Shown here piece after piece: positions 1 through 8,640 of a stretch of 62,406 nucleotides of DNA. The position numbers and the translations under genes are program-made. Position 1 is the stretch's first letter, and each line of letters begins with the position of its first letter. The notes under the pieces were generated by a model. That model ran no database searches and had not been told where the DNA came from. It was given only the letters and a program-made list of their open reading frames with translations. The stretch is from Bacteroidales bacterium (GTDB lineage Bacteria; Bacteroidota; Bacteroidia; Bacteroidales; WCHB1-69), in contig JAZQOJ010000178.1 in NCBI GenBank assembly GCA_045627805.1, positions 1 to 62,406 of the forward strand, read 5' to 3'.

Positions 1-1
1 A

Positions 2-391
2 GAGGCCTCCGGCAATATGAACCAGATTATGAAAATCATCGCTCATAAGCCGGCCGACTTTTCCGTCATTTCTGGCGATGATGCCATCACACTGCCGCTG
101 CTGGCTGCTGGCGCCGACGGCGTCATCTCCGTGATTGCCAACGCTTTCCCGAAGGAAATGAGCACGATGGTGCGCCTCGCTCGCAACAATCAGTTCCCTG
201 AGGCACGCCAAATCCACCTCGCCCTTCTCGATTTCATTCAGGCCTGCTTCAAAGAAGGCAGTCCCGCGGGCATTAAAAAACTGCTCGCTCTTCAAGGAAA
301 AATCCACGAAACCCTCCGCCTCCCGCAAGTCCCCGCTTCCGATGATCTAAAGAAAATTTTTTCTATTTTATTGAAAAATAATAGTTTATAA
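2..391 (+). CDS. dapA: 4-hydroxy-tetrahydrodipicolinate synthase, 5'-truncated by window edge
   Basis: The frame is open from nt 2 (EASGNM, the KEASG region). It contains SGDD and GADGVISVIAN and ends with the typical DHDPS C-terminus (P.GIK..L....LRLP). Confidence 0.9.
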   Translation, partial: EASGNMNQIMKIIAHKPADFSVISGDDAITLPLLAAGADGVISVIANAFPKEMSTMVRLARNNQFPEARQIHLALLDFIQACFKEGSPAGIKKLLALQGKIHETLRLPQVPASDDLKKIFSILLKNNSL

Positions 392-399
392 AATTTCAA

Positions 400-3087
400 A
401 TGAGAAAATTCTTCCTGTTTTTTGTATGTTGTTTTCTAATGCTGTCGGTCTTTGCTCAAAATGCTGACTTACTGCAAACAGACCTTGATTTCCTCTATGT
501 TACAACGCACGTCGCCTCTAAGGCGGAGGTCAATGCTTTGTCGCACCGTTTTTCGGTCGATAACTGTCATTTCGATGAGCGTAGCGGCCAATACGATGTG
601 CGCATTTACCTCGCTCGCCACGAGTATTCCGATTTTATGGCACAGCATCTGCCTTTCGAAATCCTTACGCCTGAGCGCCCTCCCGGCGGAAGTATGGTCT
701 CCACTTCGCTCTCCGATTTCACCGCCAATTGGAACAAGTATCCCGCTTACGACGTTTATGAGGAACTGATGCACTCGTTTGAAACCAATTTCCCCGACAT
801 TTGCAAAATCGATACCATTCTGGCGGCAACTCCTAATCCGCAGCGCCCTCACAAGATTCTGGCCGCTCACATCAGCTCCACTCTCGGACAACCTGCCGAT
901 AAGCCCGCTTTCCTCTATTCGTCCACAATGCACGGCGATGAAGTGGTGGGCTACTATATGATGCTCCAGCTTATCAATTACATTTTGAATAATGCCACTG
1001 CCGATACGCAGGTGCAGAATATCCTTCAAAATGTGGATTTGTACATTTGTCCACTTGAAAATCCTGACGGAACTTATAAAAATAGTAATACGCAGATAAG
1101 TTCTTATTATTCAACACGTTATAATTATAATAATGTGGATTTGAATCGAAATTATCCGTTTGTTCCGGGCATTTCGGGCAGCGCAAATGTGCAGCCCGAA
1201 ACGCAGGCCATCATCAATTGGGTGGCCGACAAGCATTTTGTGATGTCGGTGAATTTCCACGGTGGCGCCGAACTCACCAACTACCCGTGGGATTCTTGGG
1301 AAACCGCCGATCGTGCTCACCCCGATGCCAATTGGTATCGCTACATTTGCCAGAATTATGTGGATGATTGTCAGGAAATTGACCCATCGTATATGGTGGG
1401 CGAAACCGCTTATCAGCCCGGCTGCGGTGCCGTTACCGAGGGTGGTGATTGGTACGTCATCGATGGCTCCCGACAGGATTATATGAACTATTATCAGCAT
1501 TGCCGTGAAATCACGATTGAAGCCCATTTCGACAAGGTTGTAACGTCATCTTCTTCGCTCCCAACGTATTGGACAAACAGCAAGAATGCGCTGCTCAACT
1601 ACATTGAAGAATGTTTGTATGGTTTCCGCGGTGTTGTCACCGATGCGGTTACGGGCGAGCCAGTGGAAGCGAAAATCTTTGTGCAAAACCACGACACGTT
1701 TAATTCCGAAGTTTATTCTCATCTTCCCGTTGGCAACTACCATCGTCCCATCAAAGCGGGCACTTACACGGTGGAGGTTTCGGCCGACTGCTACGAAACA
1801 CAGACTTTCACGGTCACTACTACCGACGGCGCGGGCGTGCGCCACGATGTGCAACTCCAACCTCTCGTCAGCGCTCCGCAGGTCGCCGATCAGCATATTA
1901 ACGCTGGTGAAACGGCTACTCTTACCGCAACTTCTTCTCATACAATTAATTGGTATGATTCTGAAACCGCTTCCACCCCGCTCGCCACGGGCACGACCTT
2001 TACCACTCCGGCACTTTCGCAAAACACCACCTATTTTGTGGAGGAAATGGCCGTCGTGAACAACCTGACGTGCGTGAGCGAACGTGTCAGCGCCACCGTT
2101 TTTGTGGAAGGTGCCGCTCCCGATACCACAATCGAGAATCCCGACACCATTCCTACTGATCCCGATACCATTGTGGTCGTCCCCGATCCCGTTTATACCG
2201 ATGTGAGCTTTGAAGCGTGTGATGCTTTTGTTTATGAAGGTACAAATTATTTGCAATCAGGTGATTACGAAATTGTTTATGCCAATGCGGCTGCCAATGG
2301 TGCCGACAGCATTTTGCGCTTGCACTTAACCCTTCATTCTTCTTATAGCGAAAATCGAATCCTGAATGTTGCCCTGTGGGATACTTATCAGATTGAGGAT
2401 GACACCTATACAGCCACAGCACCCGGAATGTTCACTTATGACAAAATCCACCAGACGGTTTTCGGCTGCGACAGCGTGATTCATTACTTTGTTTATGTGA
2501 CTTCTCCTACCGAAGTTTATGCCGATACGTCTATCACTGCTTGTTCTCCGTTCATTTATGAGGGCGAGGTTTTGATAATGAGTGGCGATTACACTTTTGT
2601 GTATCCTGGTGCCTCCGCCAGCGGAGTTGACAGCATTCTGATGATACATCTCACGTTACATCCGTCGTACGAACAGGATTTGTTGATTCCGCTCTCATTG
2701 GGCGAATCGTATTGGATGGGCGACGAGGAATTTGTGGCGATGCAGGCGGGCTCGTACGATTTCAATAAGCAATTCACTACTCAGTTCGGCTGCGATAGCA
2801 TTGTGCATTATCATTTTGCAATTGAAAATACTGGAATTGATGAATTAACTGTAAATCAGTTGTTTATTTATCCAAATCCTACGCAAAGTCAAGTGTGGAT
2901 TTCTCGCATTGGACAGTGTTCGTTCGCCACGATTTCACTTTACGATGCAATGGGAAAATGTTTGTTAAGTCGCGAATGGACCGACGAAAAAATGATGTTG
3001 GATTTGACGGAATTGCCGTCTGGAATCTATTTCGTTCAGGTCCTTGAACAAGGGAATTTGCGTCAGCAGAAGGTAATAAAGCAATAA
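400..3087 (+). CDS. Secreted M14 zinc carboxypeptidase with Ig-like and GCDS-repeat modules and a T9SS C-terminal domain
   Basis: Signal peptide; Zn ligands MHGDE and VNFHGG; DLNRNY; a carboxypeptidase regulatory-like domain; C-terminal IYPNP...GIYFVQV...KVIK tail. Confidence 0.85.
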   Translation: MRKFFLFFVCCFLMLSVFAQNADLLQTDLDFLYVTTHVASKAEVNALSHRFSVDNCHFDERSGQYDVRIYLARHEYSDFMAQHLPFEILTPERPPGGSMVSTSLSDFTANWNKYPAYDVYEELMHSFETNFPDICKIDTILAATPNPQRPHKILAAHISSTLGQPADKPAFLYSSTMHGDEVVGYYMMLQLINYILNNATADTQVQNILQNVDLYICPLENPDGTYKNSNTQISSYYSTRYNYNNVDLNRNYPFVPGISGSANVQPETQAIINWVADKHFVMSVNFHGGAELTNYPWDSWETADRAHPDANWYRYICQNYVDDCQEIDPSYMVGETAYQPGCGAVTEGGDWYVIDGSRQDYMNYYQHCREITIEAHFDKVVTSSSSLPTYWTNSKNALLNYIEECLYGFRGVVTDAVTGEPVEAKIFVQNHDTFNSEVYSHLPVGNYHRPIKAGTYTVEVSADCYETQTFTVTTTDGAGVRHDVQLQPLVSAPQVADQHINAGETATLTATSSHTINWYDSETASTPLATGTTFTTPALSQNTTYFVEEMAVVNNLTCVSERVSATVFVEGAAPDTTIENPDTIPTDPDTIVVVPDPVYTDVSFEACDAFVYEGTNYLQSGDYEIVYANAAANGADSILRLHLTLHSSYSENRILNVALWDTYQIEDDTYTATAPGMFTYDKIHQTVFGCDSVIHYFVYVTSPTEVYADTSITACSPFIYEGEVLIMSGDYTFVYPGASASGVDSILMIHLTLHPSYEQDLLIPLSLGESYWMGDEEFVAMQAGSYDFNKQFTTQFGCDSIVHYHFAIENTGIDELTVNQLFIYPNPTQSQVWISRIGQCSFATISLYDAMGKCLLSREWTDEKMMLDLTELPSGIYFVQVLEQGNLRQQKVIKQ

Positions 3088-3132
3088 TTTTGCAAAAATC
3101 AAGTTATGTAATTTCAATCAACAGAACGAAAA

Positions 3133-3621
3133 ATGAAGAATTTTGAAATCAAAACAAGTTTCACTATATACGAAAAAGAGTCGGAATTGACGGCCGAAGA
3201 GCAGATGTTGTTGAAGATGTCGCGAGAAGCCGCCACCCGCGCCAACGCCGGTTACTCACATTTTCAGGTAGGCGCCGCCTTGCTATTGGAAAATGGCGAG
3301 ATTATGACAGGTAATAATCAGGAAAACTCTGTTTATCAGGGACTTTGCGCCGAGCGCACTACCGCTTTTGCTGCTGCTGCGAAATATCCGACGGTGCCTT
3401 TCAAAACGTTGGTGGTAACCGCTATTAATCCCGAAAATAAGCTCACCAAGCCCGTTCCTCCGTGTGGTGCGTGCCGGCAGGTGCTTTTCGAATACGAAAC
3501 CAAATATGGTAAGAATGTGGCCATTCTGATGGCAGGGCAGGAGGGCGAAATCTGGAAGGTGAACTCCGCCGCCGAACTCCTCCCTCTCACTTTTTCCGCT
3601 GATTTTCTTCCTGGAAAATAA
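3133..3621 (+). CDS. cdd: Cytidine deaminase
   Basis: YSHFQVGAA, GNNQEN, CAER and PCGACRQ motifs. Confidence 0.93.
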   Translation: MKNFEIKTSFTIYEKESELTAEEQMLLKMSREAATRANAGYSHFQVGAALLLENGEIMTGNNQENSVYQGLCAERTTAFAAAAKYPTVPFKTLVVTAINPENKLTKPVPPCGACRQVLFEYETKYGKNVAILMAGQEGEIWKVNSAAELLPLTFSADFLPGK

Positions 3622-3641
3622 TTTTTGAACATAGAATGCGC

Positions 3642-3686
3642 AAAAAAGGTGTTGTTTTCCGCAGGGAAGGCAACACCTCTTGTTTT
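3642..3686. terminator. Probable bidirectional intrinsic terminator between cdd and the convergent AAA ATPase
   Basis: Hairpin aggtgttg-ttttcc/gcag/ggaagg-caacacct, with an A6 run on the left and a T-rich run on the right. Confidence 0.65.
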
Positions 3687-3721
3687 GTGTTCGGTTTCAA
3701 AACGCTCGCTCTTCCGTTCTT

Positions 3722-5512
3722 CTAATTCTTGAAGCCGATGCTCTTGTTCTTGTCGCCGATTTTTTCGTGCTTGCACATATTGTCCAACTCTTCCATTGTG
3801 GGCTTTTCTCCGCGGAGCAATTCCTTCATTGTGGCTTTGCGAGCCACATTGTCGATTTCGCCGCCCGAAAAGTCGTATTTGCTGGCCAGTTGTGTGCATT
3901 CCTCATCGTTCAGCCACTCGATTTTGCTGCGCCAAATGGCTTTCTTCGCCTCTAACGAGGGCTGTCCGAACTCGATTTTGAAGAGGAATCTGCGGTCGAA
4001 TGCCGGGTCCAGATTGTTGGCTAAGTTGCTGGTTGCAATCATTATACCGTCGAGTTTTTCCATTTCTTCCAAAATAATGTTCTGAATGGCATTTTCCGTC
4101 TGGTCGGTGGAGCTGGCTCCGGAATTGCGTCCTGTATCGTGGCGGCTGCTGAACAGGGCGTCGGCTTCGTTGAAGAGCAGAATCGGCTTCGTCTTCTCGT
4201 TTTTGCACATCTCGGCGTAATCGGTGAAGATGCGTTTCACCAGTTTCTGGCTTTCCCCGTACCAGCAAGTCTTTGCCGTACTGATGTCAACGTGGTAAAT
4301 GCTTCTGCCAGTGTGTTTTGCAATCTGTTTAACCGTTTCGGTCTTGCCAGTTCCGGGAAGCCCGTAGAACAGCGCCACCATTCCTTTCGGCATCGCTTTT
4401 GTGGCCAGTCTCTTTTGCAGCGCCTTGAACTTCTTTTCTTGCAGTGTCTCTTCAAAAAAGTCGAGCTGGCTTTTCAGTTCCTCATCGTAGAACATATCCT
4501 TGTCCGCAATGCTTTTGGGCGAAATCAGTTTTTCGCCGTTGCCTTTCTTAGTGAAAATCTGGTGGTCTTTTTCCAAAAAGAGTTTCACTCCCTTTTCAGT
4601 GAGGAAAATCTGTGCGTCTGAAAGCATTGTGGCAGCTTGGATGTCAACCAGATCAAGTTCTTGCAAGATGTGCTTGCTTTTCATCAACTGCGCCGCCACG
4701 CTGAAACGTTGCTCAATATCGTCGTAAATGTCTTTCAATGTGTAATCTAAGTTACTTGAATGATTTCTTGAGGCGATAAAATCATTGCAAATGTCGTACA
4801 GCAGAGTGCGGGTTTCGGTATCCAGTTTGAATTCCAGTACTTTGCGCACAAATTCCAGTTGCATTGCCTTATTTTCAGCACGTTCCACTTCCATTTTCAG
4901 CGTTCTCGTGCTCTTATGGTCTTCGGTGCGATTTTCCACATAATGTGCAATTTCTTGCGCGAAAACGTAGCGGGTATATTCCTTCGGTTTCTGCTCGGGA
5001 ATGGGTTCGTTTGCATAAATTGCTTGTTTTACAGCGTGTGTAATACATTGAGAATCAGTATTGAATGGAGATTCGTAGGCCTCCGTCAGAAGTTTTTGTC
5101 TCAGCGCGTCCAAATCGTTTCCCAAAATAATGAAATCAATTTGTGGCAAATCAAAAAAGCGGGCAATGTCGTCTGTGTCGAAATTGTCGCAGGAGATGTT
5201 GCAGGTGAAACAGGCCACAAACAGCGCCGCTTGTACGGGTGTGCATTTCAGGTATTCGGCCAGAGTGTTCAGGTCTGCTACAATCTCGTCCAACTCCTTC
5301 TTGCTCAATTTCGGCTCATTCTCGTCGTAGTTATCAAATGGCCTGCGCTGTGAATGCTTGCTTTTCGATTTCTGCTTGCTGTAAACGTCCACCTCAATGA
5401 GGTCGGGGACCAGTTCGTTGAAGACGTTCTCTTTCGAATGTTCCAAACGGCGAGATAAAATGCGGATAACCTGCATAATCGTTCTCTCCTTTTTCGTATT
5501 TTTCTTTTCCAT
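3722..5512 (-). CDS. AAA+ ATPase with a long uncharacterised N-terminal region
   Basis: Walker A GLPGTGKT, variant Walker B LLFNEAD, and second region of homology TSNL...LDPAFDRRF. Confidence 0.85.
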   Translation of the reverse strand: MEKKNTKKERTIMQVIRILSRRLEHSKENVFNELVPDLIEVDVYSKQKSKSKHSQRRPFDNYDENEPKLSKKELDEIVADLNTLAEYLKCTPVQAALFVACFTCNISCDNFDTDDIARFFDLPQIDFIILGNDLDALRQKLLTEAYESPFNTDSQCITHAVKQAIYANEPIPEQKPKEYTRYVFAQEIAHYVENRTEDHKSTRTLKMEVERAENKAMQLEFVRKVLEFKLDTETRTLLYDICNDFIASRNHSSNLDYTLKDIYDDIEQRFSVAAQLMKSKHILQELDLVDIQAATMLSDAQIFLTEKGVKLFLEKDHQIFTKKGNGEKLISPKSIADKDMFYDEELKSQLDFFEETLQEKKFKALQKRLATKAMPKGMVALFYGLPGTGKTETVKQIAKHTGRSIYHVDISTAKTCWYGESQKLVKRIFTDYAEMCKNEKTKPILLFNEADALFSSRHDTGRNSGASSTDQTENAIQNIILEEMEKLDGIMIATSNLANNLDPAFDRRFLFKIEFGQPSLEAKKAIWRSKIEWLNDEECTQLASKYDFSGGEIDNVARKATMKELLRGEKPTMEELDNMCKHEKIGDKNKSIGFKN

Positions 5513-5696
5513 ATCTTAAATTTTTTTTGTTCTTGAGCGTAATATGTTACGTGCGCCTTTTCCTTAGGCGCATATCATCTGGCGTTTGTCTTTTTCTGGT
5601 TTTTGTTCTTGGCGATATTACTAAACAAATAACTTTCTTATTTGTTTGTATCAATGAGATATTTTTTTCAAATTTTTTTAAGATATTTTTTTATCG

Positions 5697-5704
5697 TATC
5701 TTTG
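5697..5704 (+). promoter_or_regulatory. Bacteroidota sigma-A -7 element upstream of elbB
   Basis: TATCTTTG matches TAnnTTTG, about 80 bp before the ATG. Confidence 0.6.
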
Positions 5705-5784
5705 CAAACCCAATTCTACTTCATCTTCCCGTTCAATCTTTCTCCGCTCTCATCTTTTAAAGTCTTGAATTAATTAATGATAAT

Positions 5785-6432
5785 ATGAAAAGAATAGCAG
5801 TAATTTTGAATGGTTGCGGCCATCTTGACGGATCGGAAATCCACGAGTCGGTAATGACACTTTTGGCTATCGACAGAAATGAATGTGCCTATACGGTGTT
5901 CGCTCCGAATGCGCCGCAGTACCACGTGATGAATCACCTCACTCGCCAACCGATGGAAGGTAGCCGCAATATGTTGGTGGAGGCCGCCCGTATTGCCCGC
6001 GGCAACATTCACGACATCAACGAGTATGCTCCCGCCAATTTCGATGCCCTCATCCTCCCTGGCGGTTTCGGCGTCGCCAAAAACCTATTCACTTACGCTT
6101 TTGATGGTGCCAATGCCACTGTGCTTGATTCCGTCCGCAAAGCCATCGTTGATACGCATGCCGCTCACAAACCCATCGGCGGACTTTGCATCGCTCCCGT
6201 ACTGATTGCCAAAGTGTTGGGCGATATTACCGTGACGGTCGGATCCGACTCCGCCACCATCGCCGACGTGGAAAAAATGGGCGCGTCTCACGTGAATACG
6301 CAAATTACCGAGGTGATTTCCGATAAGCAAAATCTGATTTTCACAACACCGTGCTATATGCTCAATGCTACCATCGCCGACATCGCCGACAGTGCCGACA
6401 ACCTCGTGCGTACAATGATTGAATATATGTAG
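5785..6432 (+). CDS. elbB: DJ-1/PfpI-family glyoxalase ElbB
   Basis: GCGHLDGSEIHE, EAARIARG, PGGFGVAKNL, CIAP and TTPCYM motifs. Confidence 0.92.
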   Translation: MKRIAVILNGCGHLDGSEIHESVMTLLAIDRNECAYTVFAPNAPQYHVMNHLTRQPMEGSRNMLVEAARIARGNIHDINEYAPANFDALILPGGFGVAKNLFTYAFDGANATVLDSVRKAIVDTHAAHKPIGGLCIAPVLIAKVLGDITVTVGSDSATIADVEKMGASHVNTQITEVISDKQNLIFTTPCYMLNATIADIADSADNLVRTMIEYM

Positions 6433-6434
6433 GT

Positions 6435-6800
6435 ATGTTGAAAAATTTTCTGTTTGTTGGACTGGGTGGCGCTTTAGGAAGTATGCTTCGTTATGCTTTC
6501 ACTTTGCTGGCGCAACTTCTTTGCATCTCTTCACATTGGGCCACACTCACTGTCAATATTCTGGGATCTTTTTTAATTGGTTGTTTTTCAGTTAGTTGTA
6601 GTAAGACGACATTGCTGCTTTTGCTCACTGTTGGCTTTTGCGGAGGTTTTACCACATTCTCTACTTTCTCGTCGCAGTCTTTGTTGTTACTTCAAAACGG
6701 ACGCTACGGAGCTGGAGCCGCTTATATCGTGGCCAACCTTTTGCTTTGCATCCTTTTTGCCTGGCTGGGTTTTGCCCTTGCAAGGCCTTCCGCTTCGTAA
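6435..6800 (+). CDS. crcB: Fluoride efflux channel CrcB/FluC
   Basis: GGALGSMLRY, TLTVNILGSF and GFCGGFTTFSTF signatures; four TM segments. Confidence 0.93.
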   Translation: MLKNFLFVGLGGALGSMLRYAFTLLAQLLCISSHWATLTVNILGSFLIGCFSVSCSKTTLLLLLTVGFCGGFTTFSTFSSQSLLLLQNGRYGAGAAYIVANLLLCILFAWLGFALARPSAS

Positions 6801-6845
6801 TCTTGTTAAATTGAAAACAAATTTGTTGCATTCAATTGAAAGTTG

Positions 6846-6853
6846 TATATTTG
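6846..6853 (+). promoter_or_regulatory. Bacteroidota -7 promoter element upstream of rfbA
   Basis: TATATTTG, with TTTG about 20 bp upstream (6822). Confidence 0.6.
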
Positions 6854-6876
6854 CACCTCATTTTATAATATAAAAT

Positions 6877-7746
6877 ATGAAAGGAATTATTTTGGCTGGC
6901 GGCGCTGGCACCCGACTCCATCCCATCACGTTGGCAATGAGCAAACAGTTGATGCCCATTTACAACAAGCCGATGATTTATTATCCACTCTCCACTTTGT
7001 TGTCGGCAGGTATCCGTGAGATTCTGATTATCTCTACGCCTACAGATCTGCCTCATTTTCAGCGACTTCTTGGCGATGGAAGCCGCATTGGTTGCCGCTT
7101 TGAATATGTGGTACAACACGTTCCCAATGGACTCGCCCAGGCATTTGTGCTGGGGAAAGAGTTCATCGGAAATGATAAGGTGGCCCTCGTCCTGGGTGAT
7201 AATATTTTCTACGGCAGTGAGTTTGAAAACAACCTTCATCTCAACAATGACCCCGATGGAGGTATCGTTTTCGCTTACCACGTCGCCGATCCCGAACGCT
7301 ACGGCGTGGTGGAATTCGACGAGAATATGAATGCCGTTTCCATTGAGGAAAAGCCCAAGCAGCCCAAGTCGAATTATGCGGTACCGGGCCTTTATTTCTA
7401 CGATAATTCCGTGGTGGACGTGGCCGCCAACATCAAACCGAGCGCACGCGGCGAATATGAAATTACCGATGTGAATCGTTATTATTTGGAACATAAGAAA
7501 TTGAAAGTCTGTAAGATGGACCGCGGTACTGCTTGGCTCGACACGGGAACTTTCCGTTCTCTCATCGAAGCCACTCAGTTTGTACAGGTGGTGGAAGAAC
7601 GACAAGGACTAATGGTGGGTTGTATTGAGGAAGTCGCTTACAAACAAGGTTTTATCAATGCAAACCAGTTGCGTGAGATTGCGGAGCCGCTGCGCAAAAG
7701 CGGCTACGGCGAGTACCTTCTCAAATTGATAAATGAAGATTATTAA
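6877..7746 (+). CDS. rfbA: Glucose-1-phosphate thymidylyltransferase
   Basis: [42 protein letters not shown] and WLDTGT. Confidence 0.96.
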   Translation: MKGIILAGGAGTRLHPITLAMSKQLMPIYNKPMIYYPLSTLLSAGIREILIISTPTDLPHFQRLLGDGSRIGCRFEYVVQHVPNGLAQAFVLGKEFIGNDKVALVLGDNIFYGSEFENNLHLNNDPDGGIVFAYHVADPERYGVVEFDENMNAVSIEEKPKQPKSNYAVPGLYFYDNSVVDVAANIKPSARGEYEITDVNRYYLEHKKLKVCKMDRGTAWLDTGTFRSLIEATQFVQVVEERQGLMVGCIEEVAYKQGFINANQLREIAEPLRKSGYGEYLLKLINEDY

Positions 7747-7764
7747 CCATAAATCCCTTATATT

Positions 7765-8616
7765 ATGAAAAATATCGTAGTGGGAATCGACTTCTCCCAA
7801 AATTCAGAAAACGCCCTCCGTCACGCTGTCGCAGTCGCATTGAAAACGAAAGCGAAAATCCACGTGGTTTGGGTCAAAACCCCTACTGCCGCCAGCAAGT
7901 TAAATGTTACCGATGAAGCGGAAATGCTGCGCGTCGCTCATTCCAAATTGGCTGACCTTGTGACTTTAAGCAGAACCGAAGCTCCTAACAACGAAATTCA
8001 AGACGTGATTCTTGAAGGAAAGGCATACCTTGAGTTGGCTCAGTTTGCCGCCAACCTTCCCGATTCAATGCTCGTGGTGGGCTCCCACGGCGCCTCTGGT
8101 TTTGAAGAAATGTTCGTCGGTAGCAACACGATGAAGATCGTCGGTATCGCCAAAGTGCCCGTCCTCATCATCGGCGACCACGTGCAAATCAACCGCGACT
8201 TGATCAAAATCCTCCTCCCAATTGATACCAGTTTCGAAACATTGCAGAAAATTGAACTCGCTGGCGAATTTGCCAAGGCCTTTGCTGCCAAAGTGTCTCT
8301 CCTCGGGGTCTGCTCTCCCTGCGATGCGGAAACAAAGCACATTATCAATGTCCAATTGAATCACGCCGTTTCTATGTGCACCGAATTGAATGTCCGCCAC
8401 TCCGCATCCACCATCAGCGTTCAAGGCAATGCGCCCGAAGCTGTCGTGGAATGGGCTAAGAATGAAGGCGTTAACTTGATTGCCGTAATGCGTGAGGAAG
8501 AGGACGATATTACCGCTTACTGGTTGGGTAGCTCCACCCGCCAATTGCTGAACCTCGCTCCGATGCCGCTGCTCGTCATCCCGAATGTCAATCATTTCGA
8601 TGTCGCTGCCCGTTAG
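7765..8616 (+). CDS. Universal stress protein (tandem USP domains)
   Basis: NIVVGIDFS, VVGSHGASGFEEMFVGSNT...PVL, and a second domain ILLPID...GSSTRQLL..PLLVIP. Confidence 0.88.
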   Translation: MKNIVVGIDFSQNSENALRHAVAVALKTKAKIHVVWVKTPTAASKLNVTDEAEMLRVAHSKLADLVTLSRTEAPNNEIQDVILEGKAYLELAQFAANLPDSMLVVGSHGASGFEEMFVGSNTMKIVGIAKVPVLIIGDHVQINRDLIKILLPIDTSFETLQKIELAGEFAKAFAAKVSLLGVCSPCDAETKHIINVQLNHAVSMCTELNVRHSASTISVQGNAPEAVVEWAKNEGVNLIAVMREEEDDITAYWLGSSTRQLLNLAPMPLLVIPNVNHFDVAAR

Positions 8617-8640
8617 TTTATCATTTAATTTTTTAGAAAT

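Noticed and set aside
5520-5785. Fluoride riboswitch upstream of elbB-crcB
   Set aside because: A ggcgat is present, but I could not find the rest of the crcB-motif consensus or its pseudoknot.
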